The notes: generated by a model not told the origin, from the letters alone. A stretch of DNA of 55,580 nucleotides from Deltaproteobacteria bacterium (GCA_029881655.1 JAOUME010000002.1:1-55580), one strand, 5' to 3'; shown: positions 36,584-45,222, counted from the stretch's first letter. Numbers and translations are program-made.

Positions 36584-38386
36584 ATGAACCGATATTTCAA
36601 ACATCAATGGATTTTTATCCTGATTGTTCTTTCATTGGGCGTCATTGCCCAGAACCTTTATGGTTTCGACAAGGAAGCCTTGGATAAACTTCTTAAGACG
36701 AGAACCTGTGAGGGGTGTAATCTTGAGGGCGCGAAATTAAAGGATCAGGATCTCACGGGAGCCAATCTAAAGGGAGCCAATCTAAACAAGGCCAATCTCA
36801 TGGGTTCTAACCTTCAGGACGCAGACCTAAATGGAGCCAGCTTCAATCAGGCGTTTTTTGAAAACGCGATTTGGATCAACGGAGAGATATGCAAAAAGGG
36901 ATCTTTTGGAAAATGCATGAATGAAACGCTTGCGAATTTCGTCAAGACCAAAAACTGCGCGAGATGCAATTTGTCATTTTCAGGACTACGTGACGCTTAC
37001 CTAAGGGGAGCCTACTTACCCGGGGCTAAATTGATCGGGGCTGATTTAAGCAATGCTGTGCTGGTCGATAGTGATCTGACGGATGTTGACATGAGTGGAG
37101 CCAATTTATCCAACGCCAATTTAAGAGGTTCCAAGATTCAGGGGGTTCAGTTTCAAAACGCGAATTTTTCCGGCGCGATTTGGATTACGGGTGATATATG
37201 CAAAGAAAATTCGATCGGGATGTGCCTGACGAGTCAATGGGATCATTTTTTAGAGAACAAAAATTGTCTCAAGTGCAGTTTAACCCTGATTCGACAGAAA
37301 AATCTTAATTTAGAAAACGCAAAACTTCTCGAATCAGACTTAAGAAACAGCAATTTTTCCGATTCCAATTTTTCCAATACTCAGTTGGATCGGTCCAATT
37401 TCAGCAACTCTATCTTGTCAAAGAGCAATTTTACCAATAGCAGCCTTAAAAATACCATCCTGCAAAAAACGAATTTGGATAATTCCAATTTTACTCTGGC
37501 GGATTTATCGGGAGCCGATTTAAGCGGTTCGGAATTAAAAAAAGTCAGGTTTGACAGAACCAAGCTTGAAGGAGCCCGGCTTATGGCGGCGAATCTTTCA
37601 AACTCTAGCTTTATCGAAGTCGATTTCAAGGATGTTGACCTAAGGGATACCAATTTAGAACAGGTCGAATTTGAAAAAGTGGATTTTTCAAATGTACAGT
37701 TGGCGGGCGCAAACTGGATTAACGGATTGAGCTGTCTTGAGGGATCTGTTGGATTTTGCGTAACCAAGAACACCCAAAAGGCTATGACAGAAAAGAAGTG
37801 CGAGGGATGCAGTATCCCCTACGGCTTCTTTTTTAAAAGGGATTTAAATCATGTCAATTTAAAAGGGGCTAATCTTTTCAGGTCGAATTTTATGTCTACG
37901 GATCTCACACATGCCCAAATTGAAAAGGCCAATTTGACTCAATCAAGTTTTTTGAACGCGGATTTATCGTTTGTCGATATGACAAATGCCAACTTTACCG
38001 ATAGTATCTGGGTGGATGGGGAGCCCTGCTTAAAAGGCTCTATTGGCCGATGTATCACCGCGCCGCTCGTTAAACTTCTTGATAGCAAAGCCTGTAAGGA
38101 TTGCTCCTTGGTTTTTGCCAACCTGCGAAAAACCAAGCTATCCTGGTTTAATTTCCAAAACGCCAAACTAAAGGGTACAAACTTCACAGAAGCCAATCTT
38201 GCGGGAGCTTTTTTTGAAAACGCGGATCTCACCAACGCCAATTTCACCAAGGCTAATCTGGTCAGTAGCGAGTTTATCGGGGCAAAACTGGATGGGGCCG
38301 ATTTCACCGGCGCTGACCTTAGCGGAGCTACCTGGAGCGATGGTAATGTATGCAGGATTCCTTCAATAGGAAAGTGCGAGTTATAG
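36584..38386 (+). CDS. secreted pentapeptide-repeat protein built from five Cys4-bracketed modules
   Basis: A signal-like N-terminus is followed by long A(D/N)LxG-type pentapeptide runs. These are interrupted five times by K-x-C-x-x-C-(N/S)-(L/I) and W-x-x-G-x-x-C-x(3,4)-S-x-G-x-C. The protein has 20 Cys in total. Confidence 0.85.
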   Translation: MNRYFKHQWIFILIVLSLGVIAQNLYGFDKEALDKLLKTRTCEGCNLEGAKLKDQDLTGANLKGANLNKANLMGSNLQDADLNGASFNQAFFENAIWINGEICKKGSFGKCMNETLANFVKTKNCARCNLSFSGLRDAYLRGAYLPGAKLIGADLSNAVLVDSDLTDVDMSGANLSNANLRGSKIQGVQFQNANFSGAIWITGDICKENSIGMCLTSQWDHFLENKNCLKCSLTLIRQKNLNLENAKLLESDLRNSNFSDSNFSNTQLDRSNFSNSILSKSNFTNSSLKNTILQKTNLDNSNFTLADLSGADLSGSELKKVRFDRTKLEGARLMAANLSNSSFIEVDFKDVDLRDTNLEQVEFEKVDFSNVQLAGANWINGLSCLEGSVGFCVTKNTQKAMTEKKCEGCSIPYGFFFKRDLNHVNLKGANLFRSNFMSTDLTHAQIEKANLTQSSFLNADLSFVDMTNANFTDSIWVDGEPCLKGSIGRCITAPLVKLLDSKACKDCSLVFANLRKTKLSWFNFQNAKLKGTNFTEANLAGAFFENADLTNANFTKANLVSSEFIGAKLDGADFTGADLSGATWSDGNVCRIPSIGKCEL

Positions 38387-38451
38387 TTAATTTATGAGGT
38401 TTTTTCCAACGAATGGAAACCGTTGGGATTGGCAATCGATACTTGATATAA

Positions 38452-39366
38452 ATGATGCGAAACAAACCGGACCTTTTAGTTTTGGCGGCAGGATTGGGAA
38501 GCCGTTATGGAGGCTTGAAACAGCTTGATGGCGTTGGACCCTGCGGTGAAAGCATCATGGAATACTCCATTTTTGACGCTAAGAAAGCGGGTTTTGAAAA
38601 AATCGTTTTTGTGATCAAAAAAGCCATTCAAAAGGATTTTAAATCCCAGATCCTAAGTAAAATAGAAGGATTCATCGATTTTGATATCGTTTTTCAGGAA
38701 ATCGATTCCCTTCCGGGAGGTTTTAACCGTTCAGTGGAAAGAAAAAAACCTTGGGGAACGGGTCACGCGATCTTATCGGCAAAGGATAAGATTATAAACC
38801 CCTTTGCTGTTATCAATGCAGATGATTATTATGGCCCGGGAGCTTTTGATAGGATGGGCGACTACCTTAGGGCCCCTGATGGAGATTCTACTGAGTTCTC
38901 GCTGCTTGGATACCGATTAGAGAATACTCTGTCACTCAATGGAAGTGTTTCCAGGGGCATTTGTGAAATCAAGGACGGATTTCTCACAACCTTGACTGAA
39001 AGAACGCGAATTTCCAGGGAGCTTGAAGGGGTTTTCTATCAGGGGAAAACCAAAAACATCCCCATTGACCCCAAAGCCTGTGTGTCCATGAATTTTTGGG
39101 GATTTACTCCCCTGATCTTTAAGTTGCTCGAAGATCGGTTTTTACTGTTTGCCAAGAAACACCACCAAAGCCTCAAAGAGGAATTCATGATCACTGAGCC
39201 GATCGATTACGCGATTCAAAATAAAATCGCCCGCATAAAAGTCCTTCCGGTTAATGAAAGGTGGATGGGAATTACTTACCCGGATGACAGGAAAAGAGTA
39301 CAACAAGGGATTGCAGACTTGGTCAGTGAGGGTGTATATCCGGAAAATTTATTCTCTGTTTTGTAG
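38452..39366 (+). CDS. sugar-phosphate nucleotidyltransferase family protein
   Basis: The N-terminal loop is LAAGLGSRYGG...KQL. Length is 304 aa and the substrate is unknown. Confidence 0.65.
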   Translation: MMRNKPDLLVLAAGLGSRYGGLKQLDGVGPCGESIMEYSIFDAKKAGFEKIVFVIKKAIQKDFKSQILSKIEGFIDFDIVFQEIDSLPGGFNRSVERKKPWGTGHAILSAKDKIINPFAVINADDYYGPGAFDRMGDYLRAPDGDSTEFSLLGYRLENTLSLNGSVSRGICEIKDGFLTTLTERTRISRELEGVFYQGKTKNIPIDPKACVSMNFWGFTPLIFKLLEDRFLLFAKKHHQSLKEEFMITEPIDYAIQNKIARIKVLPVNERWMGITYPDDRKRVQQGIADLVSEGVYPENLFSVL

Positions 39367-39716
39367 TTTGTTTTGAGAATTTGTCTTTTAAATAAATCAC
39401 CGCATCTTGCATCGTACTAATATTCATATATAATTATATTAAATCCTGCGAATTATTTATTTTATTTTATAAAAATGCTTCAAGAGCATTGCATATTGCG
39501 AATTTTTAGTATAAATCTTTTCAAGATAAATAAGACAGTTTTTTAAGGACAGCTGAGCTTGCGAGGAATGTCTTTAGAGAAAGTCACAGTAAAAAAACTT
39601 GTTAAGATTGTTTTTTTTCTATTTTATTGATCGACTATTAAAATGTTCTACGTTAAGGTAGTTCATTTTAATAGGAAAATGATCCATTTTTTAAAACTAA
39701 GAATTAAAGGGGCTAT

Positions 39717-39998
39717 ATGGCAAATATTTCAAAAAAGGAGCTGGTATCCAGAATCGCTTCCGCAACAGACCAATCAAAAGCTCAGACAGAAAAAGCGCTG
39801 AACGCGACATTGGATTCGATCAAAGAATCTCTTTCAAAGGGAGATGATGTATCTCTTATCGGTTTCGGAACGTTTACCACTTCGAAAAGAGCAGAAAGAG
39901 AAGGAAGGAACCCAAAAACAGGCGAGAAAATCAAAATTAAGGCGGCTACTGTGCCTAAATTTAGACCAGGCAAGGCTTTGAAGGATGCCGTGAACTAA
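39717..39998 (+). CDS. hup: HU family DNA-binding protein
   Basis: The 93-aa protein has GFGTFTTSKRAEREGRNPKTGEKIKI ... PKFRPGKALKDAV. Confidence 0.9.
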   Translation: MANISKKELVSRIASATDQSKAQTEKALNATLDSIKESLSKGDDVSLIGFGTFTTSKRAEREGRNPKTGEKIKIKAATVPKFRPGKALKDAVN

Positions 39999-40037
39999 TA
40001 TTTGCTGTAATCCAGTTGTTTTATGAGTACTATCAAA

Positions 40038-40072
40038 GGCGGGCATTCTTCTATGGAATTCTCGCCTTTTTT
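40038..40072 (+). terminator. rho-independent terminator after hup
   Basis: The stem pairs 40038-40048 with 40056-40066 (with one GU pair and one internal mismatch). A T6 run follows at 40067-40072. Confidence 0.65.
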
Positions 40073-40259
40073 ATTACCGCAGGTTGAGTATCCCCGCTTC
40101 ATTTCCCCCTTGGCTTTTCTGTAACCCTAATAACGACAACATTTCTCTTCATTTAAATCAATATTTTTTTAACGCTCAAACCACGAAACAGCACCAGGAT
40201 TGTACCGGAGTATTAATGAGAGTGAAGTTATTTAAGACAGAATCCAAAGAAGACAAGTC

Positions 40260-40294
40260 AAAAAAAAACGCCCTTTGAATTATTCCAAAGGACG
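40260..40294 (-). terminator. rho-independent terminator after the 31-aa ORF
   Basis: The stem pairs 40269-40277 with 40286-40294 (one mismatch). The A9 run at 40260-40268 gives a U-tract on the minus strand. Confidence 0.65.
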
Positions 40295-40346
40295 CTTTTG
40301 GGAGGGAGATAATAGCCTTGGTTGAATGGAGGGGGAGCAACCCAGG

Positions 40347-40442
40347 CTATCCTGCAACAAACACAACGACAGCTACCATTACCAAGTAGCCCATCATCGA
40401 AAACAAGAAGTTTACATAAACTTTGAGTAAAATATCAGTCAT
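40347..40442 (-). CDS. 31-aa hydrophobic miniprotein (MTDILLKVYVNFLFSMMGYLVMVAVVVFVAG)
   Basis: I translated this by hand; it is not in the ORF track because it is under 60 aa. AGGAGA lies 5 nt upstream of the ATG, and it has its own terminator at 40260-40294. Confidence 0.4.
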   Translation of the reverse strand: MTDILLKVYVNFLFSMMGYLVMVAVVVFVAG

Positions 40443-40662
40443 GATCTTCTCCTAACAAAGATTTTCATTTAAATTTCTGCTGTTAAATCTAATATAGCAG
40501 GCCTAAATGAAAACATGATGAATCAAACATGAAAAAAAACTCATCCCTGAATTGGCAGGTAAGATTCAATTCTCGTTAAATTATAGATTATCATACCAAC
40601 ATGAACCGAAAGTGAAGGGGAGATGAAATTACTTTCATCTTCAAGAGCAAAAAAAGAGGGGG

Positions 40663-41928
40663 CTACTGGTCCTTGTTGCTTAATGGAAACAGCAGTTCCA
40701 GTCTTGTTCCCTTGTCAGGCTCTGATTCGACCAGGATGGTTCCACCGTGGGAGTTCATGGTCTTGACAACAATCGACAAGCCCAAGCCAGTACCTTGTTC
40801 CTTGGTAGTAAAGAAAGGATCGAAAAGCCGTCGGCGTACATCTGCCGTCATACCTTTTCCATTATCTTCAAAGCGGATAATCAATAGCTTGATGGATTGG
40901 TTTTCGGTGATCATCCGGTCCTTAAAGCGCTCAATCAGGACAGGGTCCTTTTCGATTTTATTGTCAGTGGAAATAACGAGGGTGCCCCCCTCGCTCATGG
41001 CCTGACAAGCGTTCATGAAAAGATTTTGCAATATCTGTTTTATCAATTCCTGGTTGCCCAGGATATGATCGTTTTTCGCGCTGAAAAGGGTCTTGATCTG
41101 GATATCTTGTTTTTCGGCAAAATGGCGGGAAAATTCGACAAAGTTTTCCAGCAAGGCATGTACGTCAACTTGTTCCATGGTGATCGGCTTCGGCCTCGTA
41201 TATTCCAGGAGATTCGAGATGATATGGTTCATGCTTTCGATTGCCGATGTGATATGGAGGATCAATTCCATTTCGCCGCTTTCTGGAGCGAAGTCCTTTT
41301 TCATCATGGAGACGAAAAGCTTTATGCTGCCCAAGGGATTCCGAATCTCATGGGCCACCTGCATTGCGATCTCTCCCATGGCGGTCAGCCGGTTTTTTCT
41401 CTCGGCTTCTTCTTTTAACCTTTTTAAAAAAGTGATGTCGTTTAAATTGATGATGATTCCCTGCTTTTCCTTTTCTTCTGATTCCATCAGGGTCGTCGAG
41501 GTTTCAATGGTAATTAACTCACCTTTTGGTTTATGGTAGCTAAACTCTTTCTTATTGTCCCTGTTGAGGAGTTCAAGAGAATTTTCATCCAGGGGTTCGG
41601 GTAGCACCTCGTAATTAAACAATTGGTTGATCGATACTCCCAGAGCCTTTTCGGGTTGGATTTCCGTTATGGACGCCGCGGCTCGGTTAAAGGTGCGGAT
41701 TTGTCCTTGCAGATCCGTGACGATCAATCCATTGGAGAGGCTTTGAAGGACATTGGTCAACTCCTGGTTTTTTAAGTTGAGCTCGCTGTTGAGGTGTTTA
41801 ACTTGTTTTTCGAGTTTGACCTGATAGGTCCTTAACTTCTCGATCGAACTATTGAAAGCCTCGAAAGCACGGCTGAGGATTTTTTTTTCTTCTAGGTTGA
41901 CTTCACTGATGCCGATCTTTTTATCCAT
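40663..41928 (-). CDS. cytoplasmic sensor histidine kinase (coiled coil + PAS + HisKA + HATPase), NtrB/FlrB-like
   Basis: The H-box HEIRNPLGSI, N-box NLFMNACQAM, G1 DNGKGM and G2 GTGLGLS are present. There is no TM segment and no adjacent response regulator. Confidence 0.85.
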   Translation of the reverse strand: MDKKIGISEVNLEEKKILSRAFEAFNSSIEKLRTYQVKLEKQVKHLNSELNLKNQELTNVLQSLSNGLIVTDLQGQIRTFNRAAASITEIQPEKALGVSINQLFNYEVLPEPLDENSLELLNRDNKKEFSYHKPKGELITIETSTTLMESEEKEKQGIIINLNDITFLKRLKEEAERKNRLTAMGEIAMQVAHEIRNPLGSIKLFVSMMKKDFAPESGEMELILHITSAIESMNHIISNLLEYTRPKPITMEQVDVHALLENFVEFSRHFAEKQDIQIKTLFSAKNDHILGNQELIKQILQNLFMNACQAMSEGGTLVISTDNKIEKDPVLIERFKDRMITENQSIKLLIIRFEDNGKGMTADVRRRLFDPFFTTKEQGTGLGLSIVVKTMNSHGGTILVESEPDKGTRLELLFPLSNKDQ

Positions 41929-42164
41929 TTTTTCTGAATTAAAATAATCTTATATCAATCGATTCTTATTTGATTAATTGATTTCTCCTGACGCATTATT
42001 GTCGATGAGGGTTCATTTCGTCAAATAGAACAAAAACCTTTATCCGCGTAACAATTTGAGTTGAACAGTGCAGGATATTTGTATATTCTAATTTATATAA
42101 AAGGCGATTAATTTTTGAATTGTCTATGTTGTTTAAATCAATAGTCATCATAACAAGAGAGAAT

Positions 42165-43364
42165 ATGGGAAAAGTATTAATCTATACCAAAGGGTATTGT
42201 TCTTATTGCGTTGCCGCAAAAAATTTATTCGATAAAAAAAAAGTACCCTACGAGGAGATTCGCATTGACGAGCATCCCGAGCAAAAAGAAACCATGGTCG
42301 AGAAATCAAGAGGCCGAAAAACGGTGCCACAGATTTTTATTAATGATCAGCATATAGGTGGATGTGATGATCTATTCGAATTGGAAAATCAGGGCAAGCT
42401 AAACGCCCTTTTAGAAACTGAGGAGGCCGAGGCCAAGATCCAACACCGCAGGGTCATCATCTTGGGAACTGGTCCTGCAGGCTATACGGCCGCAATTTAT
42501 ACGGCCAGAGCAAATCTTAATCCTTTGATTTTTTCGGGTCCGCAAAAGGGGGGGCAGTTGACGACCACGACTGAAGTGGAGAATTTTCCCGGTTTTGAAA
42601 ACGGTATCGATGGCAATGAACTGATGAACAATATGGAAAAACAAGCCAAACGATTTGACACGGAAATTGTTTTTGGTGAAATCACCAAGGTTGATCTTTC
42701 CAAAAAGCCCTTTCTTCTTTATCAGAACAACGAGGTTTTCTCCTGCGACAGTCTGATTATAGCGACTGGCGCGACCGCCAAATATCTGGGTCTTGAAAGT
42801 GAGGATCGTTTTAAAAACCGCGGCGTGTCGGCTTGCGCGACTTGCGATGGCTTTTTTTATAAAGGCCAAAAGGTGGCTGTGGTCGGTGGTGGGGACACCG
42901 CCTTGGAGGAGGCTGCTTATTTGACCAATTTTTGCGAAAGGGTGTTTTTGATTCACCGCAGGGACGAGCTCAGGGGCAGCAAAGCGATGCAGGATCGGGT
43001 TTTGGCCAACGAGAAAATTGAGATTGTCTGGGATTCGGTGATTGAAGAGGTGCTTGGGGATGATCAGCAGGGCATGACCGATCTCACGGTTAAAAATGTC
43101 AAGACAGGCCAAATCAAACCACTGGGCGTGAAAGGGCTTTTCGTCGCCATCGGGCACAAACCCAACACCGATCTCTTCAAAGGGGTTCTGGATATGGATG
43201 CCAGCGGATATCTCCTGCCGAGTCCAGGAAGCTGCAAGATGAATATTGATGGCGTTTTCGCCTGTGGAGATGTCATGGATAGCCATTATCGTCAAGCTAT
43301 TACAGCCGCAGGGATGGGTTGTATGGCAGCGATCGATACTGAGCGTTGGCTTGCCGGGCAATAA
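42165..43364 (+). CDS. trxB: glutaredoxin-thioredoxin reductase fusion protein
   Basis: The N-terminal Grx has CSYC, TVPQIFI and GGCDD. A low-Mr TrxR follows with GTGPAGYTAA, the redox CATC and the NADPH motif HRRDELR. I place the start at ATG 42165; the ORF track begins at TTG 42120. Confidence 0.85.
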   Translation: MGKVLIYTKGYCSYCVAAKNLFDKKKVPYEEIRIDEHPEQKETMVEKSRGRKTVPQIFINDQHIGGCDDLFELENQGKLNALLETEEAEAKIQHRRVIILGTGPAGYTAAIYTARANLNPLIFSGPQKGGQLTTTTEVENFPGFENGIDGNELMNNMEKQAKRFDTEIVFGEITKVDLSKKPFLLYQNNEVFSCDSLIIATGATAKYLGLESEDRFKNRGVSACATCDGFFYKGQKVAVVGGGDTALEEAAYLTNFCERVFLIHRRDELRGSKAMQDRVLANEKIEIVWDSVIEEVLGDDQQGMTDLTVKNVKTGQIKPLGVKGLFVAIGHKPNTDLFKGVLDMDASGYLLPSPGSCKMNIDGVFACGDVMDSHYRQAITAAGMGCMAAIDTERWLAGQ

Positions 43365-43424
43365 CCTTTTCCGACTCCCCCTCTTTGATAAGAAGTCTCC
43401 TTTTTAACAATCAACAACGAATCA

Positions 43425-43451
43425 GGCCTGGTTTTCCCGGGCCTTTTTTTT
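43425..43451 (+). terminator. rho-independent terminator after trxB fusion gene
   Basis: The stem pairs ggcctgg (43425-43431) with ccgggcc (43437-43443). A T8 run follows at 43444-43451. Confidence 0.7.
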
Positions 43452-43574
43452 GATTGCTTTTGGTTATCTCCTTTCCTGAAAATAATTTATTTTCAACCAG
43501 AAATTGTATTTTAATTGCATTATTTTATCGCGAAGTAAAAGAAGAATTTATGATTGCGAAAGTTTTCCCTATTC

Positions 43575-43590
43575 TGGTCTTCTCTTTGCA
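43575..43590 (+). promoter_or_regulatory. sigma-54 (-24/-12) promoter upstream of flgB
   Basis: The sequence is TGGTCTTCTCTTTGCA. GG and GC are separated by exactly 10 nt, and TTGCA matches the -12 consensus. It lies about 70 nt upstream of the flgB ATG, and rpoN is present in the window. Confidence 0.6.
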
Positions 43591-43660
43591 TTTCTTTTGT
43601 GAAAGCTTGATGCGTCAATAACGGCGACAAGCAAACGAACCTCAAAAAGTTGGATGAATT

Positions 43661-44080
43661 ATGTCCGTCAAACTATTTGATAAAAATCTGGCTCTTCTGG
43701 AAAAGGCCATGCAGTTGCAAACCAGAAGAAACACCATGATCGCCTCGAACATTGCCAACCGTGAGACACCCGGCTACAGGGCGCAGGATCTGGTTTTTGA
43801 AAAGGAATTGATGAGAGCTCATAACAGCGACAGGCCGGGACCTTTAAATATTAATGATCCCAGGCATTTTGACGGAATCAAACGAGAGCCGATTGAGTTG
43901 GTCAAGGGAGAACAGATCAACAGCTTTAACCCTGATCCAAGAATGGACGGAAATACGGTCAACCTGGATAAAGAAATGACGAAACTCGCAGAAAATCAAA
44001 TGATGTATCAGGCCGCGACTAGAGCGGTTAACTGGAGACTCCGGATGCTTAAATCCGCTATCACTGAAGGAGGTCGATAA
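43661..44080 (+). CDS. flgB: flagellar basal-body rod protein FlgB
   Basis: SNIANRETPGY is present. Length is 139 aa. Confidence 0.9.
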   Translation: MSVKLFDKNLALLEKAMQLQTRRNTMIASNIANRETPGYRAQDLVFEKELMRAHNSDRPGPLNINDPRHFDGIKREPIELVKGEQINSFNPDPRMDGNTVNLDKEMTKLAENQMMYQAATRAVNWRLRMLKSAITEGGR

Positions 44081-44520
44081 TGACGATGTTTGATTCCATG
44101 AATGTCAGTTCATCGGGTCTCTCGGCGCAAAGACTCCGAATGAAGGTTATTACCAGTAATATCGCCAATGTCAATACGACCAGGACTCCAGGCGGAGGAC
44201 CCTATCGCAGGAAAGATACCATTTTCGCGGCCATGCCCTCCAACCAGAGTTTTCTGGAGCAATTGAAAAACCAGGAACAGGATCAAGGAATCAGAGAGGT
44301 CAAGGTCGTGGGAGTCGTCGAGGACTCAAGGCCGCCGAAAATGAAATATGATCCCTCTCATCCGGATGCCAACGAAGAGGGGTACGTGGAACTTCCCAAC
44401 ATCGATATCGTGGAGGAAGTTACGAACATGATGATTGCAAAACGGTCTTTCGAAGCGAATATCGCGGCCATCAATGCTACCAAACAAATGATCATCAAAA
44501 CTTTGGAAATCGGTAAATAA
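44080..44520 (+). CDS. flgC: flagellar basal-body rod protein FlgC
   Basis: SNIANVNTTRTPGG is present, with a C-terminal rod motif. The TAATG overlap links it to flgB. Confidence 0.9.
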   Translation: MTMFDSMNVSSSGLSAQRLRMKVITSNIANVNTTRTPGGGPYRRKDTIFAAMPSNQSFLEQLKNQEQDQGIREVKVVGVVEDSRPPKMKYDPSHPDANEEGYVELPNIDIVEEVTNMMIAKRSFEANIAAINATKQMIIKTLEIGK

Positions 44521-44544
44521 ATAGATTCATAACTAGGGTTTAAA

Positions 44545-44886
44545 ATGTCGGAAATCAACAAAATCAACACCCAAATAATTGAAATCAAACAAAAACAAGT
44601 CAAAGGAGACAAGGAAACTCAAGCTCCAGCGAGAGGTTTCGAGGATCAATTGCTAAAAACGGTTCAAAAACTGGAAACCATCGGAGAAGAAATCGACGGG
44701 TTGCTTGAAAGCCAAAATGGGCAGACTCCAGGAAAAGTGACAAGCGAGGTTAGCAATGTCGCGAACTACATCAAGAGCATGGAAGGGTTGGTGGAAAATC
44801 TTTCCGGCAAATCGACATCCAAGGTCAAATCGGCAAAATTTGTCGCGGATCAATACAATAAAATGAACCCAAAAAAAGAATCCTGA
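44545..44886 (+). CDS. hypothetical protein embedded between flgC and fliE
   Basis: The 113-aa hydrophilic, helical-looking ORF has tight spacing to both neighbours. I recognised no family. Confidence 0.5.
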   Translation: MSEINKINTQIIEIKQKQVKGDKETQAPARGFEDQLLKTVQKLETIGEEIDGLLESQNGQTPGKVTSEVSNVANYIKSMEGLVENLSGKSTSKVKSAKFVADQYNKMNPKKES

Positions 44887-44922
44887 TCACAACAACCAAA
44901 ATTATATCACGGATAAAATAAG

Positions 44923-45222
44923 ATGATTAAATCGATAAATAACAACCCGCTGATCTTAAAACAAAGCCCAACTCTTTCTAAAAGCGAATCCAAATCCTCC
45001 ACCCAGCAAATCGCGGCCAGCTTCGAAAAGGTATTCGATGAAGTCAACCAATCCCAGCTTCAAGCCGAATCAAAAATCAACGAGATGGTGGCCGGGAAAA
45101 GCAAGGACATCCCAGGTACGATTATGGCAATGGAAAAAGCGGATGTTTCTATGAAAATGATGATGGCGATAAGAAACAAGGTCGTCAGCACTTATGAGGA
45201 AATCATGCGCATGCAGGTTTAA
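44923..45222 (+). CDS. fliE: flagellar hook-basal body complex protein FliE
   Basis: The 99-aa protein has the C-terminus AIRNKVVSTYEEIMRMQV, typical of FliE. Confidence 0.9.
   Translation: MIKSINNNPLILKQSPTLSKSESKSSTQQIAASFEKVFDEVNQSQLQAESKINEMVAGKSKDIPGTIMAMEKADVSMKMMMAIRNKVVSTYEEIMRMQV

Noticed and set aside
40673-41539. Three plus-strand ORFs of 110-173 aa overlapping the histidine kinase gene.
   Set aside because: The minus-strand kinase has complete H, N, G1 and G2 boxes. The plus-strand ORFs have no motifs and are mutually overlapping frames.
42411-43361. A 316-aa antisense ORF spanning almost the whole trxB fusion gene.
   Set aside because: It is a shadow ORF opposite a CDS with unmistakable Grx and TrxR motifs. 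Its translation has no recognisable domain and an odd composition.
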